A model generated the notes under the pieces. It did no database searches, was not told the DNA's origin, and saw only the letters and a program-made list of their open reading frames with translations. Below are positions 10,375 through 21,037 of a stretch of DNA of 64,000 nt, one piece after another; position 1 is the first letter of the stretch; each line of letters opens with the position of its first letter. The position numbers and the translations under genes were made by a program. Source of the stretch: Alphaproteobacteria bacterium (GTDB lineage Bacteria > Pseudomonadota > Alphaproteobacteria > MPNO01 > UBA830); the NCBI GenBank assembly GCA_965243135.1, contig OZ251539.1, forward strand, positions 2,880,001-2,944,000, given 5' to 3'.

Positions 10375-11335
10375 TGAGGTAGCCGGTCTGGAACAGAAGG
10401 GCCTGGACCGACATCCTGTCCACGTCGAAGGCCGAGAGCAGGCTCTCGCCATGCCGTCCAGGCGAGGAGTGGGCAGGTCGCGGCGCGCCAGCGTCTCCAC
10501 CAGGAAGGTCGGCGTGCCGCTCTCGAACCAGTACGGGCGGAACTCGCGCCGCCGAAACAGCAGCAGGAGGCCGAACGGATTGTAGACCCTCTCCGGCCCG
10601 CGCCAGTTGTAGCCGTTGTACCAGCGACGGACCTCGTCCCGGTCCAGGCCATCGAGTTCCGGGGCGAAGACCGCGTCCAGTTCCGCGTCCGTGCAGCCGC
10701 AGATATCCGAGAATTCCGGCTCCAGCGTGACGCAGGTTGTTCAGGCCCAGAACAGGCCCGCCTTCGAGAATTTGCTCACTCCCGTCAGGAAAACGAAACG
10801 GAGATGCCTGTCGCAGGCCACCCCGTACAGGCTGCGCAGGAAGTCCCGGTTGGCCCGCGCCAGCTCCCGGTCGCCGAGCGCGTCCAGAATCGGCTTGTCG
10901 TACTCGTCCACCAGAACCACCGCCCGCTGCCCGGTGCGTTCGTGCAGGTCCGCGATCAGTTCCCGGAAGCGGACCGAAACTCTGGCGCCGCCCGGCGCCG
11001 GCCCGCCTCTCCGCCGCCTTCAGTTGCGATTCCGTTTCTTCCCGAACTCCGTCCGGGTCGCCGAAATCGCCCCCGCCGAAATCCAGCCGCACGACAGGAT
11101 GACGCATCGACCAGTCCCACCTGCCGTGCACGGCGAGGCCCCGGAACAGCTCCTCGTTTCCCTCGAACAACTCCTGCAGCGTGTCCACCAGCAGGGTCTT
11201 GCCGAACCGGCGCGGACGCGACAGGAAATAGTACTTGCCCCATGAGGCGGCGCGCATGCTCCGTCTTGTCGACGTAGTAGCAGTCCATCCCCCGGATCTC
11301 CCGGAGGGAGGAAAAGCCGAGCATGCGTTTCGTCA
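10375..11335 (-). pseudogene. AAA-ATPase/PD-(D/E)XK paralogue copy 3, 5' exon (frameshifted)
   Basis: FSSLREIRGMDCYYVDKT, YYFLSRPRRFGKTLL, DEYDKP, LLFQTGYL up to the intron junction. Confidence 0.82.
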
Positions 11336-11399
11336 GAGGGTAGGCCGCCGCGCCCGTCAAGAAGTCGGCGGCGGCAGGCCTGTCCGCGTCCCCTGGCGC

Positions 11400-12190
11400 T
11401 GCCTGTGCCCCGTTTTGCTGGACTGACAGTATTCATCTTGAAGTTCCTGAAGGAAAGCCATAGCGGCGAGTTGAGCGTAGCCGACCGGTTGCGAACCTGG
11501 CGGGTTGCGCTTGAAGTGGCCGCCCAAGGCCTGCCTGTCCCCCACAATTTGATGCTGAACGCTACTAACAATATTCATCCCGAAGTTCCTGGTGAAAGGC
11601 CGCGAGTTGGAGGTAGCCGTACCACATCAACTCCGCGCCTGGCGGGTCTCGCTTGCGCTTGAAGTGGCCGCCGAGGGTGGCGACCAGGAAGACAGCCTCT
11701 CCGAGGTTTTTCGGTGCGCTCTTGCGCCGCGGCGAACAGCGTCAGCACCTGGAGTTCGACGTCCGAGAACAGGATCTCGGGCGGCAGGTCAGGTAATTCC
11801 CGTCCGAGGCGTGCCATGAATGCGCCAAGCGACGACCATGGCGGTGGCGCGCTGCAGGCGCTCGGCCGTCCGGTTCTCGAGTTCCTTGCAGCCGGACTTC
11901 AAGACGCGAAAATAATCTTCAATTCTCCAGCGCAGGCCGTACCAGGGCGTTCGGCGTTGTCGGCGCTTTCGACCGGCAGCGTCGTCAACAGGAACCACTC
12001 CAGGCGTTCGGCGCGGGGGAGCTTTCTCGCGGACATGGACGATCGTCACGGGGGCCTTGCGCTTCGCCGGCAATTCGACTTTGAGGTAGCGCAGCCGTGG
12101 CCTGACGCTTTGGTCGCATGGCCCTCGCGGCCTGCTTGCTTGCGCGTGCGCTCAGACGCTTGACCTCGACGACCCGCTTGCCCTGCGCCG
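11400..12190 (-). mobile_element. IS4-family (IS50/Tn5-like) transposase remnant, 3' half, with a duplicated 3' end
   Basis: Fragments PAKRKAPVTIVHVRE, FLLTTLPV, WYGLRWRIEDYFRVLKSGC..ENRTAERLQRA (Y..RW.IE..FR.LKSG signature); homologous to 21038-21700. Confidence 0.8.
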
Positions 12191-13490
12191 GGCTCTCCTC
12201 CGCGCGGACGTCCATGCCCGCCGCCACGAAGTGCGAATAGAACACGCTCGGGTAGTGCGCCCCGGCCATGCCCGTGTTCGCGTACCACTCGTGGCTCGCC
12301 AGGAACGCCCGGAACGGATTCTCGAGGCCCGCAAAGTCGTTCGCCCAGGCGGCGCAACTCCCGGCTCTCCGCCGCGACCGTGACCTCCGGCGCCATCGCC
12401 TTCAGCAGGAGCGCGTTCAGGCTGCGCTTCACCTCCTGGTTCGGGTAGTCCAGCCGGTAGAGGCGCGTGTCCTCGTCCCGCTCCTCGTCGACGATGGTCA
12501 GGTAGCCGGTCTGGAACAGCAGCGCCTCGACGGGAATGCGGTCGACGGCCGACAGCAGCGCGTCGTCCGCGACCAGATCCTCCAGGGCCGGCGGCGCGAA
12601 CCGGCGGCGCGAACCGGCGGCGCGAACCGGCGCCGCGACAGAAGGTCGGCGAGAAAGGTCGGCGTGCCGGTCCGGAACCAGTGCGCCTCGAACTCGCGCG
12701 TTTCGAAAAGAAGGAGGATGTCGAACGGGTTGTAGACCCTCTCCGGCCCGCGCCAGTTGTAGCCGTTGTACCAGCGCCGAACCTTCTCCCGGTCCAGGCC
12801 CTCGAGCTCCGGGGCGAAGACCGCGTCCAGCTCCGCGTCCGTGTAGCCGCAGATGGCGCCGAAACGCGGGTCGAGGGTGATGTCGCGCAGGTTGTTCAGG
12901 CCCGAGAACAGGCCCGCCTGCGAGAACTTGCTTACGCCGGTAAGGAAGGCGAACATGCGCGTCGCAGTCCTTGATCGCCCCGTACAGGCCGCGCAGGAAG
13001 TCGCGGTTGGCCCGCGCCAGTTCCCGGTCGCCGAGCGCGGACCGGCTTGTCGTACTCGTCCACCAGCACGACCGCCTGTTGTCCGGCGCACTCGTGCAGG
13101 ACCAATTCCCCGAAACGGTTCGACGCCTCGACGGATCCCGGTTCGAGGCCGGCGCGCCTCTCCGTCGCCGCCAGTTGCCGTTCCACGGTTATCCGAACCC
13201 CGTCCGGGATTACGAAATTGCCCCCGCCGAAGCTGATCCGCACGAAGGCGCACCGACCAGTCCCGCTTGCCGTGCACGGCGAGGCCCCGGAACAACTCCT
13301 CGCTTCCCAGCTCCTGCAGCGTGTCCACCAGCAGGGTCTTGCCGAACCGGCGCGGACGCGACAGGAAATAATACTGACCACCCTCGACGAGGCGGCGCAC
13401 ATAGTCCGTCTTGTCGACGTAGCAGCAGCCCAGCTCCCGGATTTTCCAGAGGGAGGTCAAGCCGGTCGGAAGCAAGCGTCCCGTCAGAGG
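12190..13490 (-). pseudogene. AAA-ATPase/PD-(D/E)XK paralogue copy 4 (frameshifted, C-terminus replaced by IS4 sequence)
   Basis: SRPRRFGKT, FLTGVSKFSQAGLFSGLNNLRDITLDPRFGAICG; ends at MDVRAEES, fused to transposase sequence. Confidence 0.85.
12589..12630. repeat. 13-bp tandem repeat (ggcggcgcgaacc) x3 inside copy 4
   Basis: Intact copies carry a single unit at the equivalent position. Confidence 0.75.
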
Positions 13491-13511
13491 GTAGGCCGCC
13501 ATGCCCGTCAA

Positions 13512-13863
13512 GGAGAGCGTCGGGCGCGCGTCAATTTCTTTGCATTGACGCCAGGGAGGGCCTGCGCTTTCTACATGTACGCGCCGTGTCCACATCCCAA
13601 GACTTGAAACCATTCTGCGGCCGGCGTCTCCGCCGGTTGTCCTGAGATCTTCGCCGGCGGACCGCCCAATTCCGCAGATGCCCAAACCCAGTTGCAACCG
13701 GGGCATGGGCCGTGCCTTCAACTAACTCGAAAGGTGAACGGCGAGACGGGTCCGCTGCCGCGGAAACGGCCGTTCCCGACGAAGGGCATGGCGACCTGCG
13801 GCGCGGGCGGCCGGCGCCTTTCGCGGAGGCGCCGCCTGCGTCCGAACGGGACGGCTCCCGGCT
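13512..13863. repeat. array spacer type X (also at about 15444-15797 and 19195-19555)
   Basis: Three near-identical ~350-nt intergenic copies containing caagactt(g)gaaaccattctgcggccggcgtctccg...ccgcagatgcccaaaccc and ttcaact(a/g)actcgaaaggtgaacggcgag. Confidence 0.88.
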
Positions 13864-15408
13864 TCAGGCGGTCTCGAACTCGAACCCGACGATGTTGCGC
13901 TCCTCCCGGCCGAACTCGATCCCGATCAGGTGGACCGGCACGCCCGGTCGCCGGTACTTGTCCGCGTAGCCGCGCTCCCGAATCTGCGCCAGCGCCCGGC
14001 CTTCCGGCTTCCCGTCCGCGACCTTGAACTCGAACAGGTAGACGTTGCCGCCGTACAGGACCGCGAGGTCCGAGCGGCCGCGCGCCGTGCTCTCCTCGGC
14101 GCGGACGTCCATCCCCGCCGCCACGAAGTGCGAGTAGAACACGCTCGCGTAGTGCGCCTCGTAGCCTGCCATGCCCGTGTTCGCGTACCACTCGTTCGGA
14201 ATGCTCGCCAGGAACGCCCGGAACAGATTCTCGAGGCCCGCGAAGTCGTTCGCCCGCATCAGGCGGCGCAACTCCCGGCTCTCCGCCGCGACCGTGACCT
14301 CCGGCGCCATCGCCTTCAGCAGGAGCGCGTTCAGGCTGCGTTTCACCTCCTGGTTCGGGTAGTCCAGCCGGTAGAGGCGCGTGTCTTCGTCCCGCTCCTC
14401 GTCGGCGATGGTCAGGTAGCCGGTCTGGAACAACAGCGCCTCGACGGGAATGCGATCGACGTCAATGGCCGACAGCAGGTCGTCGTCCGCGACCAGATCC
14501 TCCAGGGCCGGCGGCGCGAACCGGCGCCGCGACAGAAGGTCGGCGAGGAAGGTCGGCGTGCCGGTCCGGAACCAGTGCGCCTCGAACTGGCGGCGCCGGA
14601 AAAGCAGCAGGACATCGTACGGGTTGTAGAGTTTCTCCGCGCCTCGCCAGTTGTAGCCGTTGTACCAGCGGCGGACCTCGTCCCGGTCCAGGCCGTCGAG
14701 TTCCGGGGCGAAGACCGCGTCCAGCTCCGCGTCCGTGTAGCCGCAGATGGACGAGAACTCCGGCTCCAGCGTGATGTCGATCAGGTTGTTCAGGCCCGAA
14801 AACAGGCCCGCATGCGAGAACTTGCTCACCCCCGTCAGGAAAACGAAACGGAGATGCCTGTCGCAGTCCTTGATCGCCCCGTACAGGCCGCGCAGGAAGT
14901 CGCGATTGGCCCGCGCCAGTTCCCGGTCGCCGAGCGCGTCCAGGATCGGCTTGTCGTACTCGTCCACCAGCACGACCGCCTGTTGTCCGGCGCGCTCGTG
15001 CAGGGCCTCGATCAATTCCCCGAAACGGTTCGACGCCTCGACGGATCCCGGTTCGAGGCCGGCGCGCCTCTCCGTCGCCGCCAGCTGCCGTTCCACGGTT
15101 ATCCGAACCCCGTCCGGGACGACGAAATTGCCCCTGCCGAAGCTGAGCCGCACGACCGGATGGCGCGCCGACCAGTCCCACCCGTCGTGCACGGCGAGGC
15201 CCCGGAACAACTCCTCGCTTCCCTCGAACAGCTCCTGCAGCGTGTCCACCAGCAAGCTCTTGCCGAACCGGCGCGGACGAGACAGAAAATAGTAATCGCC
15301 CCCTTCGACGAGCCGGCGCACATGCTCTGTCTTGTCGACGTAGTAGCAATCCCTCGTCCGGATTTTCCGGAGGGAGGTCAAGCCGGTCGGAAGCATGCGT
15401 CTCGTCAT
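13864..15408 (-). CDS. AAA-ATPase-like + PD-(D/E)XK nuclease protein, copy 5, intact
   Basis: Full motif set; the ORF track gives 13864..15429; the promoter favours ATG 15408. Confidence 0.93.
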   Translation of the reverse strand: MTRRMLPTGLTSLRKIRTRDCYYVDKTEHVRRLVEGGDYYFLSRPRRFGKSLLVDTLQELFEGSEELFRGLAVHDGWDWSARHPVVRLSFGRGNFVVPDGVRITVERQLAATERRAGLEPGSVEASNRFGELIEALHERAGQQAVVLVDEYDKPILDALGDRELARANRDFLRGLYGAIKDCDRHLRFVFLTGVSKFSHAGLFSGLNNLIDITLEPEFSSICGYTDAELDAVFAPELDGLDRDEVRRWYNGYNWRGAEKLYNPYDVLLLFRRRQFEAHWFRTGTPTFLADLLSRRRFAPPALEDLVADDDLLSAIDVDRIPVEALLFQTGYLTIADEERDEDTRLYRLDYPNQEVKRSLNALLLKAMAPEVTVAAESRELRRLMRANDFAGLENLFRAFLASIPNEWYANTGMAGYEAHYASVFYSHFVAAGMDVRAEESTARGRSDLAVLYGGNVYLFEFKVADGKPEGRALAQIRERGYADKYRRPGVPVHLIGIEFGREERNIVGFEFETA

Positions 15409-15414
15409 CTGAAG

Positions 15415-15443
15415 AGGGTAAGCCGCCATGCCGAAGCCGTCAA
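15415..15443 (-). promoter_or_regulatory. sigma70-type promoter of copy 5 (TTGACG-17-TACCCT-6-ATG)
   Basis: Seen in the sequence; conserved geometry. Confidence 0.65.
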
Positions 15444-15797
15444 GGAGAGCGTCGGGCGCGCGTCAATTTCTTGAGATTTGACGCCAGGGAGGGCCGGCGC
15501 TTTCTGCATGTACGCGCCGTGTCCACGTCCCAAGACTTGGAAACCATTCTGCGGCCGGCGTCTCCGCCGGTTGTCCGGAGATCTTCGCCGGCGGACCGCC
15601 CAATTCCGCAGATGCCCAAACCCGGTTGCGACCGGGGCATGGGCCGTGCCTTCAACTAACTCGAAAGGTGAACGGCGAGACGGGTCCGCTGCCGCGGAAA
15701 CGGCCGTTCCCGACGAAGGGCATGGCGACCTGCGGCGCGGGCGGCCGGCGCCTTTCGCGGAGGCGCCGCCTGCGTCCGAACGGGACGGCTCCCGGCT
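15444..15797. repeat. array spacer type X, second copy
   Basis: Near-identical to 13512-13863. Confidence 0.88.
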
Positions 15798-17337
15798 TCA
15801 GGCGGTCTCGAACTCGAACCCGACGATGTTGCGCTCCTCCCGGCCGAACTCCACCCCGATCAGGTGGACCGGCACGCCCGGACGCCGGTACTTGTCCGCG
15901 TAGCCGCGCTCCCGAATCTGCGCCAGCGCCCGACCTTGCGGCTTCCCGTCCGCGACCTTGAACTCGAACAGATAGACGTTGCCGTTGTACAGGAGCGTCA
16001 GGTCCGAGCGGCCGCGCGCCGTGCTCTCCTCCGCACGGACGTCCATGCCCGCCGCCACGAAGTGCGAATAGAACACGCTCGCATAGTGAGCCTCGTAGCC
16101 CGCTATGCCCGTGTTCGCGTACCACTCGTTCGGAATGCTCGCCAGGAACGCCCGGAACAGATTCTCGAGGCCCGCGAAGTCGTTCGCCCGCATCAGGCGG
16201 CGCAACTCCCGGCTCCCCGCCGCGACCGCGACGTCCGGCGCCATCGCCTTCAGCAGAAGCGCGTTCAGGCTGCGCTTCACCTCCTGGTTCGGGTAGTCCA
16301 GCCGGTAGAGGTGCGTGTCCTCGTCCCGCTCCTCGTCGACGATGGTCAGGTAGCCGGTCTGGAACAGCAACGCCTCGACGGGAATGCTGTCGACGTCGAT
16401 GACCGACAGCAGGTCGTCGCCCGCGGCCAGGTCCTCCAGGGCCGGCGGCGCGAACCGGCGCCGCGACAGAAGGTCGGCGAGGAAGGTCGGCGTGCCGGTC
16501 CGGAACCAGTGCTCCTCGAACTCGCGGCGCCGGAAAAGCAGAAGGACATCGTACGGGTTGTAGAGTTTCTCCGCGCCTCGCCAGTTGTAGCCGTTGTACC
16601 AGCGGCGGACCTTGTCCCGGTCCAGGCCCTCGAGTTCCGGGGCGAAGACCGCGTCCAGTTCCGCGTCCGTGTAGCCGCAGATGGACGAGAACTCCGGCTC
16701 CAGCGTGACGTCGATCAGGTTGTTCAGGCCCGAGAACAGGCCCGCATGCGAGAACTTGCTCACCCCCGTCAGGAAAACGAAACGGAGATGCCTGTCGTTG
16801 TCCTTGATCATCGCGTAGAAGCCGCGCAGGAAGTCGCGGTTGGCAAGCGCCAGTTCCCGGTCGCCGAGCGCGTCCAGAATCGGCTTGTCGTATTCGTCCA
16901 CCAGCACGACCACGCGTCGCCCGGCGCGCTCGTGCAGGGCCTCGATCAATTCCCCGAAACGGTTCGACGCCTCGGCAGCGCCCGGTTCGAGGCCGCCGCG
17001 CCTCTCCGCCGCCGCCAGCTGCCGTTCCACGCTTCTCCGAACGAAGTCCGGGGAGTCGAAATTGCCGCCGCCGAAGCTGATCCGCACGACGGCGCGCCGA
17101 CCAGCCCCACCCGTCGTGCACCGCGAGATCACGAAACAGCTCCTCGCTTCCCTCGAACAGTTCCTGCAGCGTGTCCACCAGCAGGGTCTTGCCGAACCGG
17201 CGCGGACGCGACAGGAAATAGTACTGGCCCCCTTCGACGAGGCGGCGCACATGGTCCGTCTTGTCGACGTAGTAGCAGTCCAACTCCCGGATTTTCCGGA
17301 GAGAGGTCAAGCCGGTCGGAAGCATGCGTCTCGTCAT
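15798..17337 (-). pseudogene. AAA-ATPase/PD-(D/E)XK paralogue copy 6 (single frameshift near 17090; possibly intact in vivo)
   Basis: The N-terminus MTRRMLPTG...SRPRRFGKT is in one frame and VVRISFGG...FEFETA in another; a 5-nt deletion relative to copy 2 lies in WSARHPVV. Confidence 0.85.
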
Positions 17338-17343
17338 CTGGAG

Positions 17344-17372
17344 AGGATAGGCCGCCATGCCGGAACCGTCAA
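17344..17372 (-). promoter_or_regulatory. sigma70-type promoter of copy 6 (TTGACG-17-TATCCT-6-ATG)
   Basis: Seen in the sequence. Confidence 0.65.
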
Positions 17373-17429
17373 GGAGGAGGCGGAGTCCGTCGGCCGAACG
17401 TCGGCCCGGAGTTCCCGTGTCGGCGCGGG

Positions 17430-17636
17430 AGACTGTTCTTGAGAGAGCGGCTATCCGTGCCGCAAACGGCCACGGTCGCGGCGTCGAGCCGCAGTTCGGC
17501 GCGCGCGACCCGCCAGGCGCGGTGCATGGCCGGCGTCGCCGCCCGGCTCCAGGAAGCGGCAGTGGCGGCCGCCGCAAGCGCGCGGTCGGTCGGCGCTTTT
17601 CGCGAAGGCGCCGCCTGCGCGGGACGGCTCCCGGCC
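17430..17636. repeat. array spacer type Y, second copy
   Basis: Matches about 5415-5631. Confidence 0.8.
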
Positions 17637-19159
17637 TTAGACGGTCTCGAACTCGAACCCGACGATGTTGCGCTCCTCCCGGCTGAACTCCACCCCGATC
17701 AGGTGGACCGGCACGCCCGGACGCCGGTACTTGTCCGCGTAGCCGCGCTCCCGAATCTGCGCCAGAGCCCGGCCTTCCGGCTTCCCGTCCGCGACCTTGA
17801 ATTCGAACAGGTAGACGCCGCCGCCGTGCAGCACCGCAAGGTCCGAACGGCCGCGCGCCGTGCTCTCCTCCGCGCGGACGTCCATCCCCGCCGCCGCGAA
17901 GTGCGAGCACGCTCGCGTAGTGGACCTCGTAGCCCGCCATGCCCGTGTTCGCGTACCACTCGTTGCTCGCCAGGAACGCCCGGAACCGCCGCTCGAGGCC
18001 CGCGAAGTCGTTCGTCCGCATCAGGCGCCGCAACTCCCGGCTCTCCGTCGCGACCGCGACGTCCGGCGCCATCGCCTCCAGCAGGAGCGCGTTCAGGCTG
18101 CGCTTCACCTCATGGTTCGGGTAGTCCAGCCGGTAGAGGGGCGCGTCCTCGTCCCGCTTCTCGTCGGCGACGGTCAGGTAGCCGGTCTGGAACAGCAGCG
18201 CCTCGACGGGAATGCGGTCGACGGCCGACAGCAGGTCGTCGTCCGCGATCATGCCCTCCAGGGCCGGCGCCGCGACCCGGCGCCGCGCCAGAAGGTCGAC
18301 GAGAAAGGTCGGCGTGCCGCTCTGGAACCAGTACGGGCGGAATCTGCGCTTGTCGAACAGCAGCAGGATGTCGTGCGGATTGTAGACCCTCTCCGGTCCG
18401 AGCCAGTTGTAGCCGTTGTAGCAGCGGCGGACCTTGTCCCGGTCCAGGCCGTCGAGTTCCGGGGCGAAGACCGCGTCCAGCTCCGCGTCGGTGTAGCCGC
18501 ATACGGCGCCGTAGCGCTCGTCCAGCGTGATGTCGTTCAGGTTGTTCAGGCCCGAGAACAGGCCCGCCTGCGAGAACTTGCTCACCCCCGTCAGAAAAAC
18601 GAAGCGGAGATGCTCGTCGCAATCCTTGATCGTTCCGTACAGGCTGCGCAAGAAGTCGCGGTTGGCCCGCGCCAGTTCCCGGTCGCCGAGCGCGTCCAGG
18701 ATCGGCTTGTCGTACTCGTCCACCAGAACGACCGCCCGCTGCCCGGTGCGCTCGTGCAGGGCCTCAATCAATTCCCCGAAACGGTTCGACGCCTCGACGG
18801 ATCCCGGTTCGAGGCCGGCGCGCCTCTCCGCCGCCGCCAGCTGCCTTTCCACGGTTATCCGAACCCCGTCCGGGACGACGAAATTGCCCCTGCCGAAGCT
18901 GAGCCGCACGACGGCGCGCCGACCAGTCCCACTCGCCGTGCACGGCGAGGCCCCGGAACAGTTCCTCGCTTCCCTCGAACAGCTTCTGCAGCGTGTCCAC
19001 CAGAAGAGTCTTGCCGAACCGCCGCGGACGCGACAGGAAATAGTACTTGCCCCTCTCGACGAGGCGGCGCGCATGGTCCGTCTTGTCGACGTAGTAGCAG
19101 TCCATCCCCCGGATCTCCCGGAGGGAGGAAAAGCCGATCGGAAGCATGCGTTTCGTCAT
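17637..19159 (-). pseudogene. AAA-ATPase/PD-(D/E)XK paralogue copy 7 (two frameshifts plus small in-frame deletions)
   Basis: MTKRMLPIGFSSLREIRGMDCYYVDKT...; middle in the 15652..19074 frame; C-terminus MDVRAEES...FEFETV in ORF 17637..17885. Confidence 0.85.
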
Positions 19160-19165
19160 TCGAAG

Positions 19166-19194
19166 AGGGTAGGCCGCCGCGCCGGAGCCGTCAA
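19166..19194 (-). promoter_or_regulatory. sigma70-type promoter of copy 7 (TTGACG-17-TACCCT-6-ATG)
   Basis: The upstream ATG seen in other copies is GCG here, which supports the downstream ATG as the real start. Confidence 0.65.
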
Positions 19195-19555
19195 GGAGAG
19201 CGTCGGGCGCGCGTCAATTTCTTTGCATTGACGCCAGGAAGGGCCTGCGCTTTCTGCATGTACGCGCCGTGTCCGCGTCCCAAGACTTGGAAACCATTCT
19301 GCGGCCGGCGTCTCCGCCGATTGTCCGGAGATCTTCGCCGGCGGACCGCCCAATTCCGCAGATGCCCAAACCCGGTTGCGCAATGGGACCGGGGCATGGG
19401 CCGTGCCTTCAACTGACTCGAAAGGTGAACGGCGAGACGGGTCCGCTGCCGCGGAAACGGCCGTTCCCGACGAAGGGCATGGCGACCTGCGGCGCGGTCG
19501 GCCGGCGCCTTTCGCGGAGGCGCCGCCTGCGCCCGAACGGAACCGGCTCCCGGCT
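19195..19555. repeat. array spacer type X, third copy
   Basis: Near-identical to 13512-13863 and 15444-15797. Confidence 0.88.
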
Positions 19556-20975
19556 TCAGACGGTCTCGAACCCGACGATGTTGCGCTCCTCCCGGCCGAA
19601 CTCGATCAGGTGGACCGGCACGCCCGGACGCCGGTACTTGTCTGCGTAGCCGCGCTCCCGAATCTGCGCCAGCGCCCGGCCTTGCGGCTTCCCGTCCGCG
19701 ACCTTGAACTCGAACAGGTAGACGCCGCCGCCGTACAGGACCGCAAGGTCCGAACGGCCGCGCGCCGTGCTCTCCTCGGCGCGGACGTCTATCCCCGCCG
19801 CCGCGAAGTGCGAGCACGCTCGCGTAGTGCGCCCCCGCCAAGCCCGTGTTCGCGTACCACTCGTTGCTCGCCAGGAACGCCCGGAACAGCCGCTCGAGGC
19901 CCGCGAAGTCGTTCGCCAGGCGGCGCAGCTCCCGGCTCTCCGCCGCGACCGCGACGTCCGGCGCAGCAGGGGCGCGTTCAGGCTGCGCTTCACGGTTCGG
20001 GTAGTCCAGCCGGTAGAGGGGCGCGTCCTCGTCCTGCTCTTCGCCGGCGACGGTCAGGTAGCCGGTCTGGAACGGCAACGCCTCGACGGAAATGCGGTCG
20101 ACGGCCGACAGCAGGTCGTCGTCCGCGAACATGCCCTCCAGGGCCGGCGCCGAGATCCGGCGCCGCGCCAGCGTCTCGACCATGAAGGTCGGCGTACCGC
20201 TCAGGAACCAGTAGTTGCCGAACCCGCGCTCGGCGAGCAGCAGCAGGATGCCGAACGGATTGTAGAGCCTCTCCGGCCCGCGCCAGTTGTAGCCGTTGTA
20301 CCAGCGGCGGATTTTCTCCCGGTCCAGGCCATCGAGTTCTGGAGCGAAGACCGCGTCCAGCTCGTCGTCCATGTAACCGCAAATGTCCGAGAACTCCGGC
20401 GCCAGCGTGATGTCGCGCAGGTTGTTCAAGCCAGAGAACAGGCCCGCCAACTTGCTCACCCCCGTCAGGAAAACGAAACGGAGATGCCTGTCGTTGTCCT
20501 TGATCATTGCGTAGAAGCCGCGCAGGCAGTTGCGGTTCGCCAGTTCCCGGTCGCCGAGCGCGAACCGGCTTGTCGTACTCGTCCACCAGCACGACCGCCC
20601 GCTGCCCGGTGCGCTCGTGCAGGACCAATTCCCCGAAACGGTTCGACGCCTCGACGGGTTCGAGGCCGGCGCGCCTCTCCGTCGCCGCCAGCTGCCGTTC
20701 CACGAGGTCCGGGGAGTTGCCGCCGCCGAAGCTGATCCGCACGACGGCGCGCTGACCAGTCCCACCCGCCGTGCACGGCGAGGCCCCGGAACAACTCCTC
20801 GCTTCCCAGCTCCTGCAGCGTGTCCGCCAGCAAGCTCTTGCCGAACCGGCGCGGACGCGACAGGAAATAGTACTTGCCCCACGAGGCGGCGCGCATGCTC
20901 CGTCTTGTCGACGTAGTAGCAGTCCATCCCCCGGATCTCCCGGAGGGAGGAAAAGCCGAGCATGCGTTTCGTCAG
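19556..20975 (-). pseudogene. AAA-ATPase/PD-(D/E)XK paralogue copy 8 (many small deletions)
   Basis: Motif fragments GMDCYYVDKT, SRPRRFGKS, DEYDKP, WYNGYNW, GRSDL..LFEFK are spread over three frames. Confidence 0.85.
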
Positions 20976-21037
20976 AGAGTAGGCCGCCGCGCCCGTCAAG
21001 AAGTCGGCGGCGGCAGGCCTGTCCGCGTCCCCTGGCG

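Noticed and set aside
15652-19074. 1140-aa double-length ATPase-nuclease fusion ORF
   Set aside because: Produced by frameshifts that read through spacer Y from copy 7 into copy 6; much of it is out-of-frame sequence.
13512-19555. Integron cassette array interpretation (spacers as attC sites)
   Set aside because: No RYYYAAC...GTTRRRY pairs flank the genes, no integron integrase is present, and all units encode the same family with their own promoters.
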